Assembly: GCA_000708835.1 (NCBI GenBank)
Contig: DF236981.1
Location: 248,001-312,000 of the forward strand
Length of the DNA stretch: 64,000 bases
DNA from: Klebsormidium nitens
Taxonomy: Eukaryota > Plantae > Klebsormidiophyceae
Reading direction: 5' to 3'
Shown: piece after piece, positions 22,879 through 41,098 of the stretch
How positions within the stretch are numbered: position 1 is the first letter of the stretch
Layout: every line of letters begins with the position of its first letter
Program-made: the position numbers and the translations under genes
The notes under the pieces: generated by a model
The model's database searches: none
Told to the model about the DNA's origin: nothing
What the model saw: the letters and a program-made list of their open reading frames with translations, nothing else

Positions 22879-25217
22879 GCCTGTGAGAAAGTTCTGCAAT
22901 GCAAAGCGACGGTTGAATCCCATAAGAGATACATTGGACAAAGAAAATAAAGAAGGGGCATTGGCTGGAATCGCTGCGATGACCAAAGAGTTTTGCTTCT
23001 ATCTACTTAAGATTGGACTGTGTGACTTTACAGGGCACCTGCTGTGGGAAATTGTGCAGCCAGGTTGAAATGCAGAGCGTACCTGCACTTCTCATACATT
23101 TCTGTTCAAACCCCTGGACTCCTTACTACATTGCACCTTACATTTGACAGAGTCTGTCATGAGCAGTCCTACTTTTCTTATTTCATAACTCACCAGATTG
23201 AATGTTGTGATCTTGTGGCACTTGAGCTCGTAGTACTGGGCACCCCGTCCAGGCAAGAAGCCGCAATCCTGGAGCAGAACCTCACACAAGGACTGAAGGC
23301 GTTTGTGCAATCAGTGGTCCCTACAATGTTGCAACGGCCGCCGTTATGGGAAGACCAAGCACAGCTGAAGGCAGCACGGCAGGTGGTAGACGTGGCTAAA
23401 GAGAAGAAAGGGACTTCTCAACTATGGAGTTGAAAGAAAATGCAGGTGGGCCAAGCCGTTGTAGTCTGCTTGCAGAGATACAGCAGCTCGCAAATGGCTC
23501 CGTCTTGCAGAAGGCCGGAAAGATCAAGCTCGGAGTGGATGAAGAGTTGCATTCAGGTAAAATGCGTCCAGTGCACATCTGGCTAGAGAAGCATATATGT
23601 GCTCGCATTGCCCTGCAGCCTGCATGCCTGACTGCAGTGCCCAATGCCGCTACATCATGGCTCTGATTCTTGGCATGAGGCGCACAGAGTCAGACTCAGA
23701 CTCAGAGCTGTACGTATTAACAGTACCAGGTACCTGAATTCTGATCAAGAGGCAGAGACTAGACTCTGGAGTCCATGTGAGGCGTGCTGCCGTGCATCAT
23801 GATTTACGGTCGCCCAAAAATGGCCACAATTGCACTGTTTTGCACATGCTCATTGCTATTCACGGCAGGGCACGACCGTACACAAAGTGAGTACCCACGG
23901 TAGGTACGCCGAAGCGGCGACTTGTTCCCCTTGTTCTGCACATGCCGCACTACCTATGCCGCAATCATTCCGGATACAATCCGCCGAAGCCCTGCGGAAC
24001 GCAAGAGCACACACGACGGGTGGCCGGAAAACGGAACGCCGTTAGGCGGCGATCATATATCTTTTGTCCTCTTTTTCTAAATCTTGACACTTTAATCATT
24101 CAAGCGCTCTTCCTTTCACTCATACGATTCCTTGGGGTATCATATTTGAGTGTCAAGATATAGATGCGCAAATACAAGATAAAAGGCAATGGGGGACTCG
24201 AGAGGCTCAAGATTCCGGTTCCAGGCACAATTTCCGTTCAATTGATACAAGGCGCTTTCACGCCTGCAATTCGCCCTTCTGTCGTGCATGGGACTGCAGC
24301 TGGGTTTCTGCCAAATTCTGGTGGTCCTTTTGCTGAGGAGCACCCTTTCTGGCTGAAGATCACCTTAGCCTGCATGAGACCGTCTTCAACAAGATTTGCG
24401 GAGCGCTTAGTGGGTTGCTTCAAGCGCCCACTCGAATTAGGATTAGGGTTTGCAGCAACTTATTGTTTAGAAAGCTTGCAGAAAATTTGATTGCCCACAT
24501 TGGGCTACAGCTGCTATTTTGGATTTGCCCTCCTAGCTGGCAGTTATATTGAGAAAGGGTTGAGAACTACAAAATGATTTGACCAACCGCTGAGCTGGCG
24601 GAACTGAACGGTCAGGAGATCATCAACCAAGCGCATGCAGCTGATTAAACTAACAGAATGCTGAGCAACCCTGATTTCTCATCAGCGTGCTCCTAGCCGT
24701 GTTGACGCTCACACCAATTCTTTACATGATTGCTGAAACCTTGTTGAGCAGCGCTTAGCCAGGCATACTTACAGTCAAGACCACATTCCCAGATTGTAAG
24801 TCTACATAAGGGCACGGCCAACCAGAAATTACTTACCCAGCAAACCAGAATGGTACTCAAGGTTGACCAGCCCTCGGTCGTGAGCTGCTCGGGCAGGTTG
24901 CACAGCCCCGGGTTACGGCAGCGGTTATCAGATGGGTGAGCTTTCTCCACACCGGAAGCAGTCTTGAGTGCTCCAAGCTCAGAACTTCTAGATTCTCAAG
25001 ATTCTCATGTCGAAAGCTTCCCTTCAATGAAACCCACAAGACGCAATTTCTCTTTGCTGTTAGTCTTTCCAAGGTGGAACATAGCTTTGCGTCTTGTTGC
25101 CCTACAAGTACAAAGGGCTCAGCCCCAAGATTGAAGGATCGCACGAAGCACATTGCGAGCCATACTCGGGCGTTCATGTTGTGCCCTTTTAAATCTTATT
25201 AAAGCTCTGTTGTGTAG

Positions 25218-28200
25218 GTCGGCCTCCCTCCAGAAGCAAGTGCGACTTTTCTGCTACCATGAGCTGCCGGACTGGTGCAAAGGCAACGAGTACATCCTGC
25301 GCCACTACCGGGCAGACTGGCCGCTGACTCGAACTATACTCAGCGTGTTTGAGGTCCACAACGAAACGCTCAACATCTGGACGTAAGGGATAACTCATCT
25401 GCCCCCGAGTGATGGACTTTTCCCCTGTCGTTCTGCTGTTCGTCATCCTCCGGCCTGTAATGTCTTTCAACAACTTCCTCCTCAGTATGTCTTGGGATTG
25501 GTTGGTGACAATATGTAGTCAGTGGTATTGGACATGAAAATTCTCTTGGACGCACTCATGGGATCATGCTACACTTGCATTTGAAGTATGTGTTACAGCG
25601 TCCTGCGGAGTCGAACACTTTTCTTCACGCTTTCACCAGAAGCAGGACCCCCCCCTCTTCCCCTACTTGTTTCTTACTCAGCCTTGATTGCAGTCCTCGC
25701 CTCTTCTGTGTTCTGATACTGTGCCCAACAGCGCGCCCCCTCCCTGCAGGCACTTGCTGGGCTTCATCCTCTTTGCCTGGCTGACCTATATTGCAGTGCT
25801 TGAGCATCCGGGCTTCGCTTCCACAAGCTCTGGCGCTCAAAGCATCGTCACTACTCAGCAGGTGAGACAGGTTCCAGCAGTCGGCGAGAGAAGCCTGGGT
25901 TCACTGCTCCGGTTCTTATCCCCGTTTGTCTTGGCTTTCCGTATTCATCTTGAGCATGGGGCAGTGACGAATCTCGCTCAAGCAAGCCCTTTAAGCATCC
26001 TGCCACAATAAACTTACAGAAGGAGAGAACTCAACCCGTTCTTCAGAGGCCGTTTTCTGCCCCGCATCTGTTCAGCTTTCAGGAGACTCTCCCGTTCCGC
26101 CCGCTCCGATGTTGCATTCAATCCGCGCACAATGTATCTCCGCAATGAGGCGTTCTGAGCATCTGACACCATACTTCCTACCTTTCGAGTTTGTACGCGT
26201 TTCCCCAAGCCACCTGTTTTTCCTTGCAGTCTCTCGTGGTTCGTCCTTCTCTTGCCCCCTCTCCAGTTGGCACGGCCCGCTTGTATTCAATCCGTCCTGT
26301 TCCAATCAGCAACGTTCTCTTCACCTCTTATTCAACCTGGATCACTCTCTTGCGCTGCATCGGATTGATCACCAAACCAAAGCTCACAATGTTCCCTCGG
26401 ACGCAGCACCTTCCCTCGACCTCTCCACCGGCTTCCCGTCTTGGTGTCTCCAAACTACTCGTTTCACTCATAACGAATGTTCTTACTCACTAAACCGACT
26501 GATCACTAACCCGAAGCTCACCTTGACCCCCAGCCCCCACGACCTCTCCATCCGTTTCCTTCTCACTGTCAGCACAATCCCTTATTCTACATGATAGATC
26601 ATCAACCCAAAACTTACTCTCGTCTCCGAGGCGCGGCACTTTCCCCCCGACCTCTCCACCAGTCTCCTTCTCACCTCTCAGCCCAATCCCTTTTTTGACA
26701 GGTTAACCACTGCCCAAGGAACTCTCGTTTCCCAGGCGCAGCACTCCCCCATCGACCTCTCCATCAGGGGGGAAATGTTTGCGCTCCTCTTCAGCTCTTC
26801 AAAGCACTCGTTTTGCCGATTGCTTATAATAATTTTGCTTATAGCTAACCCGAAATTCACCCTGACCCTCCAGGCGTATAACCTCCCCCCCGACCTCTCC
26901 ACCGACCTCCCGGGCCCATTCCCCGGGCTCTTTTCCCACTCATCCGTCCCCCGGTGGCCGCTCTTTGTGTTCCTCTGGGGGGCCATGGTCTGCCTGCTGA
27001 CCAGCGCTTCCTGCCACTGGTTCTGCTGCCACTGCCAAACAACAAATTCCATCGTCTGGAAGCTGGACTACCTAGCGATCGCGGGCCTCGTGTGCACGTC
27101 GTTCTTCCCGCCTGTGTATTACGTGAGTGGTCTCCATCGTCTTCACTTACCTGCATCCCTTCTTTTCCCGCCTGTATGTTACGTGAGTGGTCTTCATAGT
27201 TTGTTACATTGATACATTGTTGCTTCCTTGTTAGACCGCGTGTGAGGAGCAGGGTTGTAAAAAGTCGTTCTGTAAATTTGGTCCCGCCCTGAAGGCGATC
27301 AGCTCCAACCATGGAACGTGAGCCGTTTGATCAGCGAGGTGCATGCGTCGAACGGGCCGAGTGCTGAAAACGGCCTAAATCGAAGTTGGTTAAGCCGGCC
27401 AGGTTGACAGAACCAGTCGTAAGTCAGTTCTTTGTACTCTGAGAAGGAGAGAAGACAAGGCAAACTGACGTATAGCAAATGATCAGCACCTTGTCACGGA
27501 TTTGACATGGTGACGAGTCGTGGAACTCATACCACTTCTGATGCTGATTGCGCTTTCAACTCCGCGACCCACGTATCGGGCGCGGCACCCCAAGCGATGT
27601 AGTGAACAATTACAGCCAGTGAACAGGAACAGCCAGTGGACAGTAACGGAGACGGGTAGGATTAGTTCGGGGTTTAGGGTGGGTACGGGTGCGGAGCGGG
27701 TGCGGAGCGGGTGATCTTTTGGGTTAGGATTTTTGGTAAACCCAACATGCTTACTCTACACTAGATCGTGCATTACGTGGGCTGCCACACCTGTGCTCGA
27801 GGCGCTGGGCTGCATCACACGGAAGGTGGATGACAACGGCTTTGTGAAACGGTGAAGCGCACATGTTTTATCTTTGTCACCGGACCTCGTTTGCGGTCAC
27901 CGTGGGTCCATCTTCATCATGTCGCTGAGGAATGCGTTTCGTTTCTGACAGGCCTTCATGTGCGAGCCCGTTTGGCGGAACATGTACCTATCCGCGATCG
28001 TCATCCTGAGCCTAGCAACCGGGGTCATCTCACTATTCCCAAAATTCAACCACCCGACCTACCAGCCGTTGCGCGCCGGCGTCTTTTCGGGGATGGCCCT
28101 TTCCGGAATCGTGCCCTGCCTGCATAAGGCGGCGTTCCTGCACCCGGAGCCGATAGCTTATTTCACCACGGCGGCCGAGCTGGCCATGGGGTTTGTATAC

Positions 28201-28383
28201 CTTATCGGCGCGGTCGTATATGCGACGAAAGTGCCCGAGAAGTGGCTCCCCGGGCGGTTTGATATCATCGGGCACAGCCATCAGATATTGCACGTGCTTG
28301 TGGTTGTCGGCGCGTGTATTCATTACAACACGGCGTGGGCTTACGTCACTTGGCGGGAGCAGTCGTCGTGTGTTCCCAAGTAA
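25218..28383 (+). CDS. PAQR family heptahelical membrane protein (plant HHP / adiponectin-receptor-like); 5' exon(s) unresolved
   Basis: Exons 25218-25382, 25750-25860, from 26874 to about 27122, and a last exon ending at TAA 28383. Motifs: YHELPDWCKGNEYILRHYR..HNETLNIWTHLLG, PRWPLFVFLWGAMVCLLTSASCHWFCCH, KLDYLAIA, TKVPEKWLPGRFDIIGHSHQILHVLVV. Confidence 0.88.
26370..26905 (+). repeat. Five degenerate tandem copies (about 105-138 bp period) of the branch/acceptor and exon start in a PAQR intron
   Basis: gacctctcca at 26418, 26541, 26649, 26754 and 26892 (the real exon), each preceded by a similar aacccgaa(a/g)ctcac..cag-like stretch. Confidence 0.7.
27101..27197 (+). repeat. Duplicated exon end and donor site of a PAQR exon
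   Basis: ttcccgcctgtgtattacgtgagtggtctccat is repeated as ttcccgcctgtatgttacgtgagtggtcttcat about 60 bp downstream. Confidence 0.75.
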
Positions 28384-29648
28384 GACAGGTACTGCAGCTG
28401 GCGGTCAAAACATGATCGTAACAGCTCGAGGTTCGGGGTAGATTTTTAATGGATGCATTGTCCACAGCATTTATGCTTGATAATAGCAGGTGATTCTTTC
28501 ATGCAGACACCAGCGAGAGGCATTGACCAGATATTGGCCTGCACGGTCATCATCAGGTAGCGGGTTGTGTAAACTAACGTTCCTTAGATCTAAGATGAGC
28601 ATCAGCGGACTTTCCTGAGATCAGTGGAAAGCTAGAAATCCTCAGCCCAGCAAGCTGGACAGTACTTGTTCATTCGTTTAATCCGGGTTGAAAGTAGAAA
28701 TAAGGTAGTGCGGCCACTCTTGTGATGCACTACTTTGCAATCGTGTACTTGATGTCAAAAAGTTATGAGAAACATGATTGCAGGCGAATCACAATCAAGT
28801 GCAACCAACTCAACGGACCGTTTCCGACATGCAAGTGTGTGCATGGGCGCCGGTCACCCATGCAAAATCCGATTACTTGAGTCGCAGGCTTATCGTTAAG
28901 CAGATGTACACGCGATTGTTGCATGATCACGGCGGTGCATGGCATGTCAGCGACTTGAATTATGTCCAAATGCATGATAAGTGACTATGTTTCATACAAA
29001 CGTAGCACGTTGCGCGTACTGATGGCCGGTTTGAGAGCAAGGGACGTATTGCGCATTCGATATCACTCTAGTGACCATGCGACAACAAGACCATCAAGTG
29101 AAAGGCCCGCCGACATATGCATGACATGAGTTCAACCGTAATGATGCGGCAGGACGCGTACTCAGTGCGTCATTACTCAGCCGTATCTCGATCCGCGGGA
29201 GCAACTCAACACGTTATAGTAACGCCAATGGGCGCATATGCTGGCGTTATCTACTGAGCGTTGACACATATGCATGGCTGGCCGCACGAGCTAGTGCCTC
29301 GGCGCCCTATAGATCCGTGCATGTGCAGCTAGTACTAGAATCACCGAGGGCCGATATCTACCGCCAATTGTGAGCTCGATCTCCCAGAGCTCAACCACTC
29401 AGTCTGGCATTGTGGAGGAATGAGTGTTATCGAACTAAGCGCGCATGCACCCAGCCATCTGTCTTAAGCTTGCCGGCTGAAGCTAAAGCAGGCGCCACAC
29501 GGTGCAGACAATCTGAAGCAGCGAGTCAGCCAGTCAACAATTAATGAAAGAGCGTACAAGGCGTACAATCAGTCTGTGGCTTTGTAAGTAGATGAGTTCG
29601 ATCCTGGATGTGCTCGAAATAAATGATCAATACTAAGTCGGAGAATAA

Positions 29649-36447
<6,799 letters not shown>

Positions 36448-36569
36448 TCTGCCCAACTTTTCTCAGGCTTCGATCCAGCTGCAGACCGAAGCGTTGAAGC
36501 GCCTGCAAAACGTGCTGTTGAACTAAGTTCGAGGTAAATGCTCAGATCTTCAGGACCAGATTTTGGACT

Positions 36570-36578
36570 TTAGGGTTT
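36570..36578 (-). promoter_or_regulatory. Telo-box-like motif (AAACCCTAA) in the short head-to-head region between the NudC fusion and the 4/1-like gene
   Basis: ttagggttt lies about 120 bp upstream of the NudC ATG, inside the 660-bp divergent intergenic region. It is a single short motif. Confidence 0.3.
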
Positions 36579-37105
36579 ACGTATCGCTGCAAAGATCATT
36601 ACCGTTCTGGCGGCCGGCCCGGCCTTCAATGTCAAGATCGTTACCGTGATCACCGGCAGCTCAGGCCCGCCAATCAAGGGGGGCGGCCGGCAAATCTACC
36701 GTCTCCTGGGGTTATATTTCGACACCAAGCGTTCCCCATGACCTGGTTCACGAAATTTGTGCGCCGATCTAGTCAGGCAACTCTGTGCACATTGACATAA
36801 GTAGCTATGCTGGCCCGCCTGCCATGATGCTCCATCTTCAAGCGCACTTGTCACACTCGGCGCATTTCGTCCTCTCGATTCCTTGGCTCGCTGCTACAGG
36901 GACTGAACCGCCGCCGAGAAAGCCTCCATTCATCCTGATTGCTCTTTGTCTTTGAAGGTTCACGTCAAATATCTGCCCTATATCTGCTCGCTTCAACTGT
37001 TCTGTCTCTTCTATACTCAAGGTCCTTCGAGGCAAAACGTACCTGGTGGCTCTGCACGTTCCGCTGCATTAAAGTAAAAACAAGTGGCACTTCTAAAGTT
37101 CCGCC

Positions 37106-40100
37106 ATGACGCTGCTCGAAGAGGCGGATGGGATCTTGGAAGATGTTGAGGCACTGGAAAAGGTGAGTACTTCCTGCACTATAAATGATAGCCCCGTTTG
37201 AGATCGTTGTGAGGCCACTTCGATCTTAAACGTACTCAGGTTTTCAGGCTATTTTGATCTTAAACGTTGTGTCAGACCATTTTGATCTTAAAAGCTGAAT
37301 TTCTGAGATCAAAACGGCCTCAGCAAACGATCTTAAACCGGGTATTGATTTATAGTGCTGGTTCTTCGCGAAGATACGGAGTGAACTTCGAAGCTGTACG
37401 TACCTGTAGAAAAGCTCTGTCTGCAAGCTACACATGATCGGTTTGAATTTGCAGCATAAAGAGAATTACCAACTGCACTGATCTGGTGGAAGCATACTGC
37501 GGTCTTTGCATTCTCGAGTGTATTCCCTGGACCTCTGGAATAAGGAATCAATATTTCTATCCCGCATATCGAGATGCTCACCAACTGACCGTGGGAAGGT
37601 TTTTATTTAAGGAGTACAACGGGATCGTCTCTACGAACGCCGATCTGAGAGGACTACTTACAGAGTACGAGATGAAGAACAGGGTTTTGGAGGAGAGATG
37701 CTCGGATCTTGAAAAAGGTGTGTCTGCAGACAGCTACATGCAAGGAACCGATTGACGTGGACACTGAAAAATGCGATGAGATATCCGCAAGAAGACTTGA
37801 TGTTAGTGAGGCAGGTGGCATTGTCATTGATCATGTGTGCCGAAGGCCAGGTGTGAGACACTCACGCCCGAGTGCTGAGTGAGCAGCGCAATCATCCAAG
37901 AAAGGGAGACAATCCGGCGAAGGCTTTGCAAGAAGTTGTTGTGCGAAAAGTCTCATCATCATTGGTGTCGCAGAGGAGACGAGTCGATGCTGTCTTTTAA
38001 CTCATCGTCTCCTGGAAGAAAGCGGGTATTATGGCAACATCTTATGCGCAGAAACTCTCACTTTTTGATCTGCAGAGAGGACACGACTTTTGGAACTACA
38101 GGAGGAGTCAATCAAGACTGCTTCGGCTCAGGTACGCTCCTACTTCATCGCTGATAAGCTCCACAAGCACGTTGGGAATACTTCTCGATAAGATTTATCC
38201 TCTCACCGAAGACAGGAGCCTCGAGTTGGATGGGGTCCATCCTGTACCTTTGGCAGTTTCGAAAGACTTCGACCGGGATAAACAGATGAAATCTCCTCCA
38301 ACTTTCTGGGAATTGCCACCAACACAATCGTACCTATGACGCAGTACAACTTCCGGGAAAAGTACGAAGCACTCTTGCTTTCATCGTCCAACGAAATCAA
38401 GGAGCTTCGGAATGAGTCTCGAAAAACCGCTCAGGTGAGGACCTTCGCGTGCGCTTCGGCACAAGCTGAAACACTCACCTTGACAAATACATGAGCCGGT
38501 GGCGTTGGATGGCGTTGCAGGGTGCTTGAGGTAGCCGTTGGATTTCAATGTCGTCCCACAGATCCTGCTGACATTGACGCCTGTTGACTCTGGCAGGCTT
38601 ACGAGATCCAGCTCCAAGTGCAGCGTGACAGTGAGACCGCCGAGAGGGCACTCAGAAACGCTGAGATCGAGTAAGAACGAGTGATAGCTGCTTTAAGCTC
38701 TCCACTCAGAGTTTTGCGAACGTTCGGATCCATAATCACTGAAGCTAGGATCTTGCTCAACAGAATAATAGAGATAACTTTCCTGCACTGACTCTATACT
38801 GGAGCATCGAATCTTTGACCCATTTTCATGATCCAACTTACAAGTGGAGGTTAAAGGAGTACTTGATTTGCTCCACTCTCTTGCAAAAGCATGCAGAAAA
38901 AGTGCTCCGAACAGGATGACATCATCAAAATTTTGAGGAAGAATCTGAATGGCGCTCAAAGAGACATGCTCGAGGCCAAGCGAGAGAAAGAGGAAGCCCA
39001 GTCAAAAGAGCGCTTAAAATGTGAGCATTCACACACGGACTGCAAAAGTACAAGGCTTCGAAAATCAAAGAATCCATGCGAAGGGACGTACATTGCCTTA
39101 CTGCGAGACCTGAGTGTGAGGATTGCACGTTCTGGAAATGCGGCTAATGATATACCATTGCACATGCCCTCTCAAATCGAAACGAAGGAGAATAGCGCAA
39201 GATGGACATCCCAGCCTTGCACAAGACTACTTCTGCACGTAGATCTGAAGAGCGCGTATTACATGTTGCAGATCAAGCAGAAGTGGGACGGTTGCAGAGC
39301 AACGTGAAGTCTCTCGAGGAGTCGAAGGCGGAGTTGCACGAGAAGCTCAAGAACGCTGAGCACGAAGGTAAGACGTGTCGCTTATCCAGTTTCAGGTCGA
39401 CAAAGCCCGCTTTACAAGCTTGAAAGAAAAAGGAACAGAGCATCTCTAGCCACGGCCAGTGAAAAGATGGTTGTGAAGGTTGTGCTCTGATCCTCAGGTC
39501 AGTCAGACCTACGCCACGTCTGTTCAAGAGGAGAGCTGGCTCACGCTCGTCGGAAAGGACGACAGTGAAAGTCTTGAGCAGGAGGGAAAGTGTAGCACAC
39601 CGCCTGATATTGACTTTTGTTGCTTATGCAGCGATGACAGCGCGGATGAAGGTAAGCACAAGCCTTGTCTCGTTCTTGTCGTTAGCTATACACGAGCTTG
39701 GATCTCCTCCCGTAGGCAGCAGTACTCCCATCGTGATGCGCGTTTTCGAATTTCTGTAACTTTCCTGCTTCCTGATGTCCTTCTCCTCAACAGTTCGAAG
39801 AGCAGCTTCGAGATTCAGGATCAAGCAGACTCGTCGAAATCTTCAAGCAGAAGGTCATGCAGCTCCGGGTAAGGCTCTCAACCGTGCAATTCTGTTCGTC
39901 GCAAAGGATGAATGAAGAGAAAAGAAAATGTCGATCCTGAACAAAGACACTTTCTTGCGGAAGATGCAAATATCGTGCGTGAGACGGGACATGAGCCGTC
40001 TTTTTCCAGATGCTGCCCAAATCAAATCTGCTTCTGATGCGCTGTACGCGGACAACCTGGCAAGCAAGCAGTAAACATCGATTGTAAAGGTTAGGCTTGT

Positions 40101-40202
40101 CACTTGGTCCTACTGACGAGGGTGTTAACTGGCCGTTCTTGACAGCGAGAAAACGAGGATCTGAAAAGGCGGCTCCAAAATGCCGTTATACGGCCTACAT
40201 GA
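37106..40202 (+). CDS. Plant 4/1-like coiled-coil protein (At-4/1/Nt-4/1 family); about 10 small exons, about 244 aa
   Basis: Phase-consistent splice model: MTLLEEADGILEDVEALEK|EYNG..|..KYQAEVGRLQSNVKSLEESKAELHEKLKNAEHE|AMTARMK|FEEQLRDSGSSRLVEIFKQKVMQLR|RENEDLKRRLQ. The C-terminus resembles At-4/1 (QRDTTSNRQVETLKQKLMKLRKENEILKRKL, as recalled) and the length is similar. Confidence 0.62.
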
Positions 40203-41098
40203 GGACACTTAGGCAGTGAAGCATGCTGCCTAGGACTTCTTTCTTGAAGTGCAGTTAGACGCGTGTTTAGATGAAGAATCCCAAAGGCGCTAGCTCATAC
40301 AATTGATCGAGTATCAGGTAATTGTAGGTAGCTAGCGCAACATATGATCGGGACGCAATTCAATGACTGCAGTTCATGGGCATGGCCATGACTGCGCGCG
40401 CGCTCAGATTGTCGGATCGAACATTCACATGCTGTTAAGCGAATGCCATGCAGGGGCCGCGGCGGTCACACTAGGACTTTCTCGTATAAGGTTTATTTTC
40501 ATTATGCAATCTGACTGGTATACTCCATGGCCGAATTCGAAGGAGAAACCACATGATTGATTATCTCTCATACTATAACATTCAATTATCCGGCCACTGT
40601 GGTCTGGCACTTGTGCTTGCAGACGCCGGGTGCCAGTGCGCATGGCACGTACGGGCCAAGCAGATCAGTGTTCATCACATGCGGCACAACGGTCAGCCTG
40701 CGCAAGGACTGAATGCGCGCAGGGTCGCCGCAGCTGCCATCCTGGTGCGACGGTGATATGCAACGACCCCGGCCGTGCAGCATCCGTGAGATAGTAGAAC
40801 ACGCATTCCAAGCGTGGGGGAATCATCGCTGAGCCCGGATCGAGTGACTAGGAAATGATGGCTTGTTACAAAACCCGTCGAAGATCAAAAGACGGATCCT
40901 TTGCTGAGTGCCGTGACAACACGTGGTCGACTCTGCTAATGCTCGCCCGGATAATAGTTACTTGGTTGATAGTTACTTGGTTGATATAGTCTGTACAGCT
41001 TTGCTGACGTACGAAGTGTTTCCTAGCAGTTAAACAGAAAGTTACTTTCCAATCCATGATACAATGTGCAATCTCAAATAAAAACCGGTTTGCAGGCC

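Noticed and set aside
5620-23710. GAGTCA-like motif upstream of all three cluster genes (about 5627, 14691, 23688) as a shared regulator site
   Set aside because: A hexamer occurs this often by chance, and the positions and contexts are inconsistent.
23044-24490. Plus-strand ORFs between the trtA-like and PAQR genes
   Set aside because: No recognisable domain and no consistent splice path into the PAQR exons; left unassigned.
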